IMG/VR virus record: IMGVR_UViG_3300020045_004315
Location: 1-50,465 of that record
Length of the DNA: 50,465 nucleotides
Origin: a virus
Lineage: Duplodnaviria; Caudoviricetes
Direction: 5' to 3' (one strand)
A model generated the notes under the pieces. The model worked only from the letters and a program-made list of their open reading frames with translations, had not been told where the DNA came from and searched no databases. Numbering within the stretch: position 1 is the stretch's first letter; every line of letters begins with the position of its first letter. Positions 7,988-18,307 of the stretch are shown piece after piece. The translations under genes and the position numbers were made by a program.

Positions 7988-10046
7988 AGAAATTACCGGC
8001 ACGATGCAGCATATAAGGGCTGAAATTCAAAAGAATACTTTTAACAAAGCTGCACGCTCTTTTGAAGTTGTTTTTGCCACGGAAACGCCGGTCAGGCAAT
8101 ATAATTGGGATATTGGTGAGTTTAATGAAGTTCTTTCATGCGATCCTTTACATGTAAGAATGATAAGGGCAAACGGTGGTTTACCTGTTTTCGATTCTCA
8201 TTATCCACGCCGGGCCATGGAGCAACTTGGAAGGGCTGATAACATTTCCTTTTCAAACAAAGAAGGGAAGGCGGTTATTACACTGGGCGCCCGTGCTGAT
8301 GACGCTCTGATTGCTGACATTGAAAATGGAATTGTAAAAGGCATATCTGTAGGATATAGTGTTTATCGCTACATGCCCGAAAGTGTTATACCTGGACAAA
8401 CGCCAACTTATCGCGCTGTAGATTGGGAGCCGGGGGAAATCTCTTTTGCACCTGTTCAGGCCGATCCTAATTCTGGAATACGAACCAAAGAAACTGATGG
8501 CAACCATACCATCATTATTGATAATTCACTTTTAAAAACAAATCACAAAATGACAATTGCAGAAATTCGAGCTAAAGCATCGGACGAGCAGAAAGCTCGG
8601 CTGGATGCAATTATCTTGATTGCCAGAAGCGCCAAATTAGGTGACGAAAAAGCAGTTGAGTTATTCGAAAGCGAAAAGACTGTCGAAGCCATTCGCTCTG
8701 AAAATCCTGAATTCCAGGCGGCCCCTCCAAAACCTGAAAACGTGGACTTAGCAAAGATCCGCGAAGAAGGCAGTAAGGAACAAAAAGCTCGCATGGATGC
8801 GATTCTTTTATCAACCCGGGCCGCTAAATTAAGCGATACTGAAGCTATTGATTATTTCAACAGTGACAAACCGATTGACGAAATCCGTCAGGCTATTATA
8901 GCCAAGTTTGTCGCAACCGATCCGAAAATTAACGGAACCAACGGTCTTCAAATTGGAAAAGAAGCCATCGACAAAAAGCGCGAAGCGGCCGAACATGTTA
9001 TTTTGCACCGTATCTCACCGGCCGCTTTCGATCTTGCAAAAGTAGACGGCGCCAGGGAATTAAGAGGTTACTCTATTTCCGAACTTGCAAACGTTCTGCA
9101 TGCTGAAAGAACCGGCAAATCTATAATCATATCAAGGCATGAAATGGCTGATATGATTTTTGGCAGTAAACGTGATATTTCAACCTCGGATTTCCCAATC
9201 CTGATGGAAAATGTCATGAACAAAGCTCTCCGTGGTGATTACAACTTCGCACCCGAATACTGGCAGATGATTGCCCGTCAAACTTCAGTGAATGATTTCC
9301 GTGCTAAAGGCATGTATCAGGTAGAATCTGAAAACGGAATGAAAGAAATCGTTGAAGGTGGTGAAATCAAATACGGTAAATTGGTAGAAGGTAAGGAAAC
9401 CATCAAGGTGAAAAAATATGCCGAAGGTATAAAATTCACTCGCGAGGCTTTCATTAATGATGACCTTGGAGCTTTCAATTTGATTCCTTCCCGTTTTGTT
9501 CTTGATTGGGAAACCATCAAAGGCGATGTAGTTTGGGGATTGATTACCGATAACGGTAATATGGGCGATGGTAAAGCATTATTTCAAGCCGCCGACCATA
9601 AAAACCTTGCAACCGGGGCCGGATCTGCTTTGGCAGAAGCTGGTTTGATTGCCGCCGATCTTCTGTTCGCAGGCCAAACCGCTTTAGGTGGAAAAAGAAA
9701 AATCAGAGTATTACCTAAATACCTGGTCGTGCCGAACGCTCTGAAATTCACAGCCAAAAAGCTGATGACAAGTATCACAGCTACCAAATCAGGCGATGTA
9801 AACGTTTTCAATGGCGCCTATGAGGTTATCACTGAGGCCCGTTTGACTGATGCCGATGCATGGTATTTGTTTGCAGACCCTAGCGCAATTGAAGGTATAT
9901 TCTACGCCTACCTTAATGGTGAGGCCGGTTTGAGATCTTCACGTACTGATGATTTCGATAGTGATTCCATCAAGTTTGCCGTTCGCGGTGAGTTTGGTGC
10001 AGCCGCTATTGATTTCCGTGGTTTGCAAAAGAATGCAGGAAAGTAA
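7974..10046 (+). CDS. prohead protease-scaffold-major capsid fusion protein
   Basis: HK97-type protease (DSH, GISVGY, WEPGEISFAPVQAD), helical linker, capsid domain (STSDFP, TREAFINDDLGAF). Confidence 0.9.
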   Translation: MPATKEITGTMQHIRAEIQKNTFNKAARSFEVVFATETPVRQYNWDIGEFNEVLSCDPLHVRMIRANGGLPVFDSHYPRRAMEQLGRADNISFSNKEGKAVITLGARADDALIADIENGIVKGISVGYSVYRYMPESVIPGQTPTYRAVDWEPGEISFAPVQADPNSGIRTKETDGNHTIIIDNSLLKTNHKMTIAEIRAKASDEQKARLDAIILIARSAKLGDEKAVELFESEKTVEAIRSENPEFQAAPPKPENVDLAKIREEGSKEQKARMDAILLSTRAAKLSDTEAIDYFNSDKPIDEIRQAIIAKFVATDPKINGTNGLQIGKEAIDKKREAAEHVILHRISPAAFDLAKVDGARELRGYSISELANVLHAERTGKSIIISRHEMADMIFGSKRDISTSDFPILMENVMNKALRGDYNFAPEYWQMIARQTSVNDFRAKGMYQVESENGMKEIVEGGEIKYGKLVEGKETIKVKKYAEGIKFTREAFINDDLGAFNLIPSRFVLDWETIKGDVVWGLITDNGNMGDGKALFQAADHKNLATGAGSALAEAGLIAADLLFAGQTALGGKRKIRVLPKYLVVPNALKFTAKKLMTSITATKSGDVNVFNGAYEVITEARLTDADAWYLFADPSAIEGIFYAYLNGEAGLRSSRTDDFDSDSIKFAVRGEFGAAAIDFRGLQKNAGK

Positions 10047-10096
10047 TTGTTTAACCGGAGGGCAGCGATCCTGACCCTCCACAACATAAAAAATAA

Positions 10097-10576
10097 ATGA
10101 AAAATTATATTGCAAAAGGTGAGGTTTTAACCGTAACAGCTCCCGCCGGTGGTATCGAATCCGGGGCGCCTGTTGTTGTTGGCCCTCTTGTCGGTATTGC
10201 TATAATTAGCGCAGCCGAAGGATTAAAAGCTTCCGTAGCCCTGGAAGGGGTTTATGAAGTTGAAAAGGCAAATGTAGCCGCAACTCAGGGAGCAAAACTC
10301 TATTGGGATGCAACCGCTGAAAAATTCACAACCGTAGCCGCCGGAAATACATTTGCCGGTTATGCTTATGAGGCAGCTATTCAGGCAGACACCACAGTTG
10401 AGATAAAACTTGATTGTTGCGTTCCAACCGGTCAAATCGGTAACGTAGCCGCTGAAGCTACTGTAAACGGGTCGGACGCCGGAACTACTCAGGCACTCGC
10501 AAACGCTTTAAAAGTAAAGCTAAACGCGGTTATCTCAGCTCTGAAAGCATCTGGTTTAATGGTAGCTGACGTATAA
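10097..10576 (+). CDS. capsid cement/decoration protein (DUF2190-like) with C-terminal extension
   Basis: MKNYIAKGEVLTVTAP..GV..GA.LYWD; directly follows the capsid gene. Confidence 0.8.
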   Translation: MKNYIAKGEVLTVTAPAGGIESGAPVVVGPLVGIAIISAAEGLKASVALEGVYEVEKANVAATQGAKLYWDATAEKFTTVAAGNTFAGYAYEAAIQADTTVEIKLDCCVPTGQIGNVAAEATVNGSDAGTTQALANALKVKLNAVISALKASGLMVADV

Positions 10577-10924
10577 ATGAGCATATTTGATGGCATAGCA
10601 AAGGCAACGTTTTCCACGGTCCAGTCGATCATGGGAGATGTTGCTATTTGGATTCCATCAACAGGAGGTCAGGCTCAGTCAGTAAAAGTGCTATACCAAA
10701 ATCCGGACCAGCAAAAACAACTCGGTGATAATGATAAATTCGATTACAATCCCTACATGTATTCATTCGAATACTACGAAGGGCAGTTTCCGACATTAAA
10801 ACCGCTTGTTGATTCTGGCACATTGGAAATAATAACCGTATCAGGGACCATTTTGGACGTCAGGAAAGTAGTCACAAAGGTAGATGGTAAAACTTACGTA
10901 GCTTATTGCGACCTGCATGAATAA
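10577..10924 (+). CDS. head-tail joining protein
   Basis: Position and size. Confidence 0.55.
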   Translation: MSIFDGIAKATFSTVQSIMGDVAIWIPSTGGQAQSVKVLYQNPDQQKQLGDNDKFDYNPYMYSFEYYEGQFPTLKPLVDSGTLEIITVSGTILDVRKVVTKVDGKTYVAYCDLHE

Positions 10925-11471
10925 TAGATATGAACAGTTAGAAGATGAGTTAGTTGATTTATTCTTTGTAACAGATGAAGAAGGTATCAAAACACCAAAA
11001 GCCGGTGTATTTTTTGACGTTATGCCTTTGCCTGAAACACAAGTCGCAGCTCTTTCAACTTCAAAACCGAAAGTCTATGTCATGTACAACAATTCAGATT
11101 ATCCGGAAACCGATCATTTGAATGCTGTTCGGCAACCTGATAAAATGAGGATAGGCCTTGAAATTCATGCCAGAAATCGCAGGGGCGCAAACGGGATATT
11201 TGCAATTCAAAAGAAAATCTTTGAAATCATCCTTGGATATAAACCCAAAACTTGCGATAAGTTTCTAGCTGTCTCATTTTCACCTCTGGAAGGATCGGGC
11301 CCTAATGAATGGATTTATTATATACAATTTTCAACTGAGTCAACCATTGCAGAAGTCGAAAGGCTGACATTAACAGAAGACATTTTCTATACTGAAAGCG
11401 ATGGATCTTATTCGAAGCTTACTATTGAAAATGCTAATCTCAACGAAGTATCATTTGAAATAAATTCTTAA
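10917..11471 (+). CDS. tail terminator/completion protein (Gp37-like)
   Basis: Position before the sheath gene; LGYKP..C motif. Confidence 0.55.
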   Translation: MNNRYEQLEDELVDLFFVTDEEGIKTPKAGVFFDVMPLPETQVAALSTSKPKVYVMYNNSDYPETDHLNAVRQPDKMRIGLEIHARNRRGANGIFAIQKKIFEIILGYKPKTCDKFLAVSFSPLEGSGPNEWIYYIQFSTESTIAEVERLTLTEDIFYTESDGSYSKLTIENANLNEVSFEINS

Positions 11472-11472
11472 A

Positions 11473-11643
11473 ATGAAAAACTATACGAACAAATTCGGGT
11501 TACTTGCTTTCACTATTGACGGCAAAGATTACATTTCCGATAAGGGAATTGCAATTGACCTTCCTTCTGACAGTGATCATGTAAAAAGGCTCATTGTCTT
11601 AAGGTATTTTGAAGAAACAAAACCCTCTAAAACTCAGAAATAA
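11473..11643 (+). CDS. small hypothetical protein (56 aa, absent from the ORF track)
   Basis: MKNYTNKFGLLAF...KPSKTQK; stop overlaps the sheath ATG (TAATG). Confidence 0.65.
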   Translation: MKNYTNKFGLLAFTIDGKDYISDKGIAIDLPSDSDHVKRLIVLRYFEETKPSKTQK

Positions 11644-12791
11644 TGAGCTTTTTTCATGGAGTCGAAACTATTGAACTACCTGGCGATGTTTCTCAGGTAA
11701 ATAACGTAAAGACCGCTGTCATTGGGTTGATTGGAACTGCCGCTTCAGGTGACGTGAACGTCATGAAGCTTTGCCTTTCCGATGTCGATGATGAGCAGTT
11801 CGGAGCCACTGGCACAATTCCGAAAGCCTTAAAAGCAATCAGGAAACAAGGCGCCGCAACCGTTTTAGTTGTCAGTGTTGGAACCGGAACACCCACGCCC
11901 GTAGCTGCTGATTTTGTTGGCGCTTTAACCCTTGGAGTTAGAACAGGTTTGAAGCAATTCGAACTTGCTTTTGCAAACTACGGGTTTAAACCGAAAATCT
12001 TCATAGCTCCCGGCTTTTCTTCGGTTGCCGGTATTCAGGCTGGCTTAATTGCCGCCGCAGAACTTCACAAAGGCATTACTTATTTAGACAGCGCAACCGG
12101 AATAACAGTTGCTGCCGCTTTAACATCCAGGGGTGTATCGGGAATTTGGAATACAAGCGAAAAACGGGCAAAACTTCTATATCCTGGTATTTTAGATGTC
12201 GATGGCAATGTTGATAACTATTCAGCATACGCCGCCGGTCTTCGTGCCCGTATCGATCAGGAAGAAAACTTCTGGACATCCTCGTCAAACCATGTCATCA
12301 AAGGTATAACCGGACTTGAAACCCCGATAACCTTTGCGATAAATGATATAAACAGCGAAGCTAATGTCTTGAATGCTGCCGGTATCGTTACGATTGCAAA
12401 CTCATACGGAACTGGTTTTCGTGAGTGGGGAAATCGGAACGCTTCTTTTCCGGTGAATTCTGACGAAAGAACATTCGAATCAGTTCAAAGGTTGGATGAT
12501 ATCACATCCGAAAGCATTGAACTTGCAATGTTTCCCTTCATCGACAGGCCAATAAATCAGGCTTTGATCGATTCCATCTTAAACACTGTCAATGGGTATT
12601 TTAATGTACTTATTGGTAAGGGCGCTCTCATCGAAGGTTCAAAATGCTATTTCGAAAAGTCAAAGAATCCGACTTCAGAAATCGCAGCCGGACATCTCAC
12701 ATTTACGAAAGTATTTGTCGGTGCAATTCCTGGTGAACGGATTACCTTTTACTCGAAAATAGATAAAAACCTCCTTAATAACTTACAATAA
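11643..12791 (+). CDS. contractile tail sheath protein
   Basis: FFHGVETIE, TAVIGLIGTA, PKIFIAPGFS, SSSNH.I.GI, GFREWGNR. Confidence 0.95.
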   Translation: MSFFHGVETIELPGDVSQVNNVKTAVIGLIGTAASGDVNVMKLCLSDVDDEQFGATGTIPKALKAIRKQGAATVLVVSVGTGTPTPVAADFVGALTLGVRTGLKQFELAFANYGFKPKIFIAPGFSSVAGIQAGLIAAAELHKGITYLDSATGITVAAALTSRGVSGIWNTSEKRAKLLYPGILDVDGNVDNYSAYAAGLRARIDQEENFWTSSSNHVIKGITGLETPITFAINDINSEANVLNAAGIVTIANSYGTGFREWGNRNASFPVNSDERTFESVQRLDDITSESIELAMFPFIDRPINQALIDSILNTVNGYFNVLIGKGALIEGSKCYFEKSKNPTSEIAAGHLTFTKVFVGAIPGERITFYSKIDKNLLNNLQ

Positions 12792-13312
12792 TGGCAGGAT
12801 TAACAATGGCAAAGGTAAGGGATGCTAATGTCTATGTGAATGGTAACAGCACTTATGGACAGGCAACCGAAATAACACTTCCAAACATTCAGGCTTCGAA
12901 ATCTGAAGACAAGAAACTTGGCGTAATGGGTGTTATGAAATACTTCGATGGATTTGATGCAATGGAAGCAACCATCAAATGGGGATCAGCAAACAACGAT
13001 ATCAAAATCGCATGTGCAGACCCTCGAAAGGTGGTTGATTTCATGATCAGATCCACGCGTGAGGTTTACGTTGATGGTGGGTTGACTGAAGAACAGCCGG
13101 TCGCTTATTACATCAAAGGAACCTGTAACAACTACGGATTAGGCACTTTGAAACCCAAAGACAATGCCGAATCTGAGACTAAAATCGATGTCTCATACAT
13201 CAAAGAAGTCGTAAATGGTCAGGAATTAATTGAACTAGATATCGCAAACAATATCTTCAGAATCAATGGTCAAGATATGCTTGCTAAATATCGCCAAAAC
13301 CTTGGATTATAA
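12791..13312 (+). CDS. major tail tube protein (P2 FII-like)
   Basis: ANVYVNG...EITLP...IELDIANNIFRING.D.L..YR.NLG. Confidence 0.9.
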   Translation: MAGLTMAKVRDANVYVNGNSTYGQATEITLPNIQASKSEDKKLGVMGVMKYFDGFDAMEATIKWGSANNDIKIACADPRKVVDFMIRSTREVYVDGGLTEEQPVAYYIKGTCNNYGLGTLKPKDNAESETKIDVSYIKEVVNGQELIELDIANNIFRINGQDMLAKYRQNLGL

Positions 13313-13719
13313 TGGAAACAACCTACTTTAAAAGGTCGATTACGGAGGGTAGCGTTAAAGCTACCCACGTATGTTCTTTCGACAAAACTATCGTACTAAC
13401 GAAACTCGTTCAAAAAGGAACTAAAGTTATTGATTCGGTAATCACAAATTCATCACTTGCCGACAGAACAGTAAACGGCACTGTGAATGAAGAAAATCAA
13501 AAGTCAAAGGAATTAAATGTCAGAAACGAACTAAGAAACAGAATTAAGGCGGTACGTATTAACGGAATGCCTACTCTTTTGGAAGATCTTGGAGAATGCT
13601 TTGATGATGATGAGGTTATTGAAGTTGTGGCATTTATTAATGATGCCGACATGTCAAAATTTGGAGGTTCGAAGCCTACTCAACAAGAAGCTGAAGAAGA
13701 AAACTCAAAAAACGTCTAA
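13312..13719 (+). CDS. tail assembly chaperone
   Basis: Lies between tube and tape measure; ends in a slippery heptamer. Confidence 0.7.
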   Translation: METTYFKRSITEGSVKATHVCSFDKTIVLTKLVQKGTKVIDSVITNSSLADRTVNGTVNEENQKSKELNVRNELRNRIKAVRINGMPTLLEDLGECFDDDEVIEVVAFINDADMSKFGGSKPTQQEAEEENSKNV

Positions 13720-13892
13720 TCCCGTTGGATGATGTGGTTTTTGTAGCTCACTTCACTCATACGGGACTTGATACTCTTTTTCAATACAATGTTGTTGACT
13801 TCTGGCATATATACGATTCGTGCGAACGTCTTTTTAAACAATTTCACGAAATCCCCAAAGGTGTAGTTTTAATTGATCCTGAAAAACTCTAA
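13707..13892 (+). CDS. -1 frameshift extension of the tail chaperone (E'/gpT-like)
   Basis: In-frame A AAA AAC at 13707-13713; the -1 frame is open (RLIPLDDVVFVAHF...DPEKL) to TAA at 13890-13892. Confidence 0.75.
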   Translation, partial: KKRLIPLDDVVFVAHFTHTGLDTLFQYNVVDFWHIYDSCERLFKQFHEIPKGVVLIDPEKL

Positions 13893-13895
13893 ACG

Positions 13896-15641
13896 ATGGC
13901 AACCGATATTATGAGACTTGGTTTGATTATTTCCGCAACGGACAAAACCGGGAAAGGAATTAATTCAGCCGTTGGAAATCTTGGCAAACTGGCAGGGGCT
14001 TTGGGCCTTGCTTCGGTTGCTTACATGGGTTTTGATGCGATTAAAAGATATGATGATGCGATCCAATCTTTAAGTGCTGTCACCGGTGTAACCGGTAAGG
14101 GTTTGGAGGATATGAAAAGCCAGGTCATGAGCCTTGCCAAAGAATCTAAAAAATCAGGTGACGAAATAGCCAAAGCCTTTGAAAATGTTGGTTCGAATAT
14201 GTCAGAGTATTTGAGCGATCCCAAAGGCTTAAGGATGATTACCGCCGCCGGTGTGACACTTTCCAAAGCTGCCAGGATGGAAGTTGCACCAGCTCTCGAC
14301 AATCTCACAACTATTATGAATCAGTTTGATTTAAAGGCCAAAGATGCTGCAAAATCTGTAAACATCTTAACGGCTGGTGAAATTGTGGGCAATGTTCGAA
14401 CGGCTGACATTTCAACCGCTTTGCAGGAATTTGGAGCCAGCGCCTCAAGTGCCAATGTCAATTTAGGTGAATCGGTTGCTCTCATTGAAGTTTTGGGAAA
14501 GAAGTTAAAGAAAGAACAAATCGGGGTTGCTGGTAGAAACATCTTGGTAGCCATGGCAGCCGCAAAAGGATTACCAAAAGAAGGCCGGCGCTACCTGGAA
14601 GCCTACGGGGTGAGCACGGCAAAATTAATGAATTCACAAACACCCCTCATCGAAAGGTTAACCGAACTTAAGAAAATAAGCGGTGACGCAACTGCCATGG
14701 TCAAGGTTTTCGGAAAAGAAAACATAACCGCCGCAACCATTTTGCTTAAAAACCTGCCAATGTACAAAGATTGGGAGGGACAAATTCAGAATACCAATAA
14801 AGCACAGGATCAAGCGAATATAAATAGTAAATCATTTATTAATAGACTGGCTCAAATGAAATCAGCCTTTGACAATATCCTGATTGCTCAAAACGAAAAT
14901 ACAGGCGGTTTGTCTTTACTTGGTAATGTTATTGGATTTGCAGCCGATCACATGAAAGCTTTAGTAAACATTGTCACTTTAGCTATCGGCGCCTATGCTT
15001 CATTTTGGACATATACCAAACTCGCGACCGCTGCAACCTGGATAAATAATCAGGCGACATTATTCTCAGCAATCGCACAAGGTAAAAATGTCATGGCTTT
15101 TGCCGCCGGAACTTTTGCAATGAAAGCCTTTACGGTTTGGCAATATGCAGTTACCGCCGCTCAATGGCTTTGGAATGCTGCAATGACCGCAAACCCTATC
15201 GGTTTAATTATTGTTGGAATTGGGGCGCTTGTGGCTGGCATTATTTGGATGGTGAAACATTGGGACACTGCCATTGCTGCATTAAAACGGTTCGGAGGCA
15301 ATATTCTCAAATGGATACTCGCCCCCGTCTCCATGGCTTTAAAAGTCATTGGTAAATTAACAGGCGCGAAGTGGGCTATTGATATGGGTGCAAAAGTTGA
15401 AGCCTTCAGAACAAGTCTCGGAGTTGACGCTTCAAAATCTTTGGCTTCAAAAGCATTGCCCGGTAATTCAATTGGAGGTACAAGTTTAAATTACAGTCCA
15501 AACGTCATCATCAATGGCCCTGTAAAAGAAGGCGACAAAGCGGCCTTTGCGGACATGCTGAAAGCAAATAAGCGCGAGGTAGTGACTATCATGAAAGAGC
15601 ACCAAAACAATAACGCACGGTTAGCTTTTGCAAATAAATAA
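13896..15641 (+). CDS. tail tape measure protein
   Basis: TP901-like core; AAQWLWNAAMTANPIGLII; Ala-rich. Confidence 0.95.
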   Translation: MATDIMRLGLIISATDKTGKGINSAVGNLGKLAGALGLASVAYMGFDAIKRYDDAIQSLSAVTGVTGKGLEDMKSQVMSLAKESKKSGDEIAKAFENVGSNMSEYLSDPKGLRMITAAGVTLSKAARMEVAPALDNLTTIMNQFDLKAKDAAKSVNILTAGEIVGNVRTADISTALQEFGASASSANVNLGESVALIEVLGKKLKKEQIGVAGRNILVAMAAAKGLPKEGRRYLEAYGVSTAKLMNSQTPLIERLTELKKISGDATAMVKVFGKENITAATILLKNLPMYKDWEGQIQNTNKAQDQANINSKSFINRLAQMKSAFDNILIAQNENTGGLSLLGNVIGFAADHMKALVNIVTLAIGAYASFWTYTKLATAATWINNQATLFSAIAQGKNVMAFAAGTFAMKAFTVWQYAVTAAQWLWNAAMTANPIGLIIVGIGALVAGIIWMVKHWDTAIAALKRFGGNILKWILAPVSMALKVIGKLTGAKWAIDMGAKVEAFRTSLGVDASKSLASKALPGNSIGGTSLNYSPNVIINGPVKEGDKAAFADMLKANKREVVTIMKEHQNNNARLAFANK

Positions 15642-15644
15642 ACT

Positions 15645-16469
15645 ATGTTTTTACAACTTGGAGACTACATATTTGAGGGTATTAAATTACCTCAATCCTG
15701 GTCAGGATCATTTGAGACAAATTACTCTCAACTTCCAATCATCGGAGGGAAACCGGTTATTCAAAAGACAGGCGAAAAACTTATTGAATACGATCTTTCA
15801 ATTGAATTTAGGGATGAATTTTGCAATCCTGAAAGCGAGATTGAAGCCTTGCAATTATACCGGAAAAATGGAAATGTTTTACAATTAACCGGTGGAGACG
15901 GGACCAATTATGGACGGTTTGTAATTACCAGCCTATCCCGGACAAATGTTAGGGCCTCTGATAATGGTTATATCTCAGCCATTGCAGCGAGCATTAAACT
16001 ACTCGAATACAATACGACCGCAACAACTATAAAAGAAGAAGGCGCCGCTTTAAAAAGCCAAACACCCGTTGAAGAAGTTCCGGTTGCTCCCATGAAGTCA
16101 ATTGCAGCAAGTCTGCAAAATGATATTAACACCGGAATTATAAAATCCAAAGAAGTATCAGCAAGGTCAAAGGCGACAACTGTAAATTATAACAGAATTA
16201 CGGAGCTGGCAAATGAAGCCGTTGCCGCTTATGATGCTGCGAATGCAAAAGTAGTATCAACCGAAAAAGTCATTTACCGGGCAATCTATCTTCAAAGCTC
16301 ATTAACATCATGCAAAAATGCAGCCATTGCCGTGAAGGACGCTTCAGATATTCATGATTTTGTTTCCTTAATGAGTGCAAATGATGATCTGACATTGGCA
16401 GTTAATCATTTAAAAGGCGCTTCTGTCCCAGTCGCTACATTCATAGGATCAAGAGAGGGAGGTAAATAA
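15645..16469 (+). CDS. P2 GpU-like tail tube initiator with C-terminal extension
   Basis: MFLQLGDYIF, GKPVIQ.TG..L, G..YGRFVITS, LLEY. Confidence 0.8.
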   Translation: MFLQLGDYIFEGIKLPQSWSGSFETNYSQLPIIGGKPVIQKTGEKLIEYDLSIEFRDEFCNPESEIEALQLYRKNGNVLQLTGGDGTNYGRFVITSLSRTNVRASDNGYISAIAASIKLLEYNTTATTIKEEGAALKSQTPVEEVPVAPMKSIAASLQNDINTGIIKSKEVSARSKATTVNYNRITELANEAVAAYDAANAKVVSTEKVIYRAIYLQSSLTSCKNAAIAVKDASDIHDFVSLMSANDDLTLAVNHLKGASVPVATFIGSREGGK

Positions 16470-16684
16470 TGGCAAGCTTTAACTATCGAACAAAACAAGG
16501 CGAACGATGGGACTTGATATCATTCAAAATGTATGGTAATATGTCCGGCATTAATACCCTTGTTGAAGCAAATCCAAATGTTCCTTTAGATGGCATTTTA
16601 CCTGATGGAACTATCCTGATAATTCCAATCATCGACAATACTGATTCAACCATAATTTCAAAGAATTTACCACCGTGGAAATAG
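16469..16684 (+). CDS. tail protein X (LysM-like)
   Basis: YRTKQGERWDLI....YG...L.EANP...LPPWK. Confidence 0.9.
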   Translation: MASFNYRTKQGERWDLISFKMYGNMSGINTLVEANPNVPLDGILPDGTILIIPIIDNTDSTIISKNLPPWK

Positions 16685-17772
16685 CCAGGCAAGCAAAGAT
16701 TATAGTAAACTGGAACGGTAAAAACATTACTGATGAAATTTCACGTTTTATAAATTCAGTTACCTATACCGATCACGAAGAAGAATCTTCTGACGAAATC
16801 AATCTGTTATTAGATGACGGCGAAGGATTATGGTCTGGTGATTGGTATCCTGAAGAAGGTGATACAGTTGAATTGTTACTTGGTTATACCGATAAGCTTG
16901 TAAACTGTGGACTTTTCCAGGTTGATGAAATAACCTTCACAGGCGCACCCGATCAGATCGAAATTAAAGCCATTGCCGCCGGAATTACCCAGCAATTACG
17001 AACACGAAATAGTAAGGCATTCGAAGAACAAACACTTCGCCAGGTTGCACTTTATTTCTGCAAAAAACATGGTTTTAGTTTGGTTGATGATACCAGTTCA
17101 ATGTTATCACAAATCAACATGCCACGTAAAACCCAAGAGGAAAAAACCGACCTCGAGTTTCTTTCAGAGCTTGCAAAAGAATACGGTTTTATCTTTTCAG
17201 TCCGTGGAAATAAAATGGTTTTCACTTCCATTTATAATCTCGACAACGCACCTTCTGTAAAGGAAATTGATAAAAGTATTGTTTCGAGTTTCTCGCTTAA
17301 AGAAAAAACATACGACACATACCAATCAGCCAAGATGTCTGTCAGGAATTCCAAAACCTCAGCCGTTGTTGAATGGTCCGATATTTCCGATAACAAGACA
17401 GCCAAAAAAGATCAGTTAATTGTTTCAGGTAGTGCCTTTTCAAGTAGGATGGCAGAAGCTAAAGTAAAGGCCGGATTATGGCAAAAGAATAGGTATAAAC
17501 AATCAGGTACAATCAATGATTTCCCGGGTGATCCTGAACTTGTGTCAGGAGTGAATTTTGATTTAACAGGTTTCAGAAACCTTTCAGGAAAATATCATAT
17601 CACAACCTCGTCTCACAGGGTTACGGGTGACAGCGCCTATACAACTTCTATCGATGTAAGGAAAACAGGAACCATACTAAAACCAAAGCAGGTACCAAAA
17701 TCAAAATCAGCCTCCACAGTTTCGGTTGATCCTAATGTTACAGATTATGAAGAAAACTTACGAACTGATTAA
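16675..17772 (+). CDS. baseplate hub / late control D family protein
   Basis: YTD..E.ESD, LGY....CG.F.VDE, TDLEFL.ELA.EYG. Confidence 0.9.
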   Translation: MEIARQAKIIVNWNGKNITDEISRFINSVTYTDHEEESSDEINLLLDDGEGLWSGDWYPEEGDTVELLLGYTDKLVNCGLFQVDEITFTGAPDQIEIKAIAAGITQQLRTRNSKAFEEQTLRQVALYFCKKHGFSLVDDTSSMLSQINMPRKTQEEKTDLEFLSELAKEYGFIFSVRGNKMVFTSIYNLDNAPSVKEIDKSIVSSFSLKEKTYDTYQSAKMSVRNSKTSAVVEWSDISDNKTAKKDQLIVSGSAFSSRMAEAKVKAGLWQKNRYKQSGTINDFPGDPELVSGVNFDLTGFRNLSGKYHITTSSHRVTGDSAYTTSIDVRKTGTILKPKQVPKSKSASTVSVDPNVTDYEENLRTD

Positions 17773-17776
17773 TTTT

Positions 17777-17790
17777 TTTGTATTATTGAA
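17777..17790 (+). promoter_or_regulatory. putative late promoter motif, copy 2
   Basis: TTTGTATTATTGAA upstream of the baseplate V gene. Confidence 0.65.
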
Positions 17791-17806
17791 GTAAATACGT
17801 ACTTAA

Positions 17807-18307
17807 ATGCTAAAATACGGAATTATATGTGAGGTTGATAATGCAAAGGGTTTGGCCCGTGTGCATTTTGACGAAATAGATATAGTTTCTGGCTGGCTAT
17901 CATTACCCACACAATCCACAAAAGGAAATAAACATTTTGTACCTATTGCGGTCACAACACAGGTAGCCGTTTTGATGCATCCTGACGGCGAACAAGGGGA
18001 AATTATTAAAGCTATTTGGTCAGATCAAGACACGCCTCCATCATGGGCTGATGAAAATACTCAGGGAATCGAATTCGAAGACGGAACAATAATTCAGTAC
18101 ATAGTTTCAACTCATAAGCTTAATGTCCAGTTGTGCTCGGGCGGTTCGATTGAGACAAATGGAGAAAACGAAGTCATTAAAGCAATTCTTTCAATCATAA
18201 ACGGCGCTCCAATTCCCGAACCTGGAAACGGTGCAAATTCAGTATTTCAGACAATGTTAAAAACGGCGGTCACTGGTAAAGATCAAGGTAAATGGACTAA
18301 ATCATGA
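17807..18307 (+). CDS. baseplate assembly protein V (spike)
   Basis: G.I.EVD...ARV.F....SGWL OB-fold; FEDGT.I.Y. Confidence 0.85.
   Translation: MLKYGIICEVDNAKGLARVHFDEIDIVSGWLSLPTQSTKGNKHFVPIAVTTQVAVLMHPDGEQGEIIKAIWSDQDTPPSWADENTQGIEFEDGTIIQYIVSTHKLNVQLCSGGSIETNGENEVIKAILSIINGAPIPEPGNGANSVFQTMLKTAVTGKDQGKWTKS

Noticed and set aside
8253-16692. Numerous antisense and alternate-frame short ORFs in structural genes
   Set aside because: Shadows of well-supported genes with no recognisable motifs
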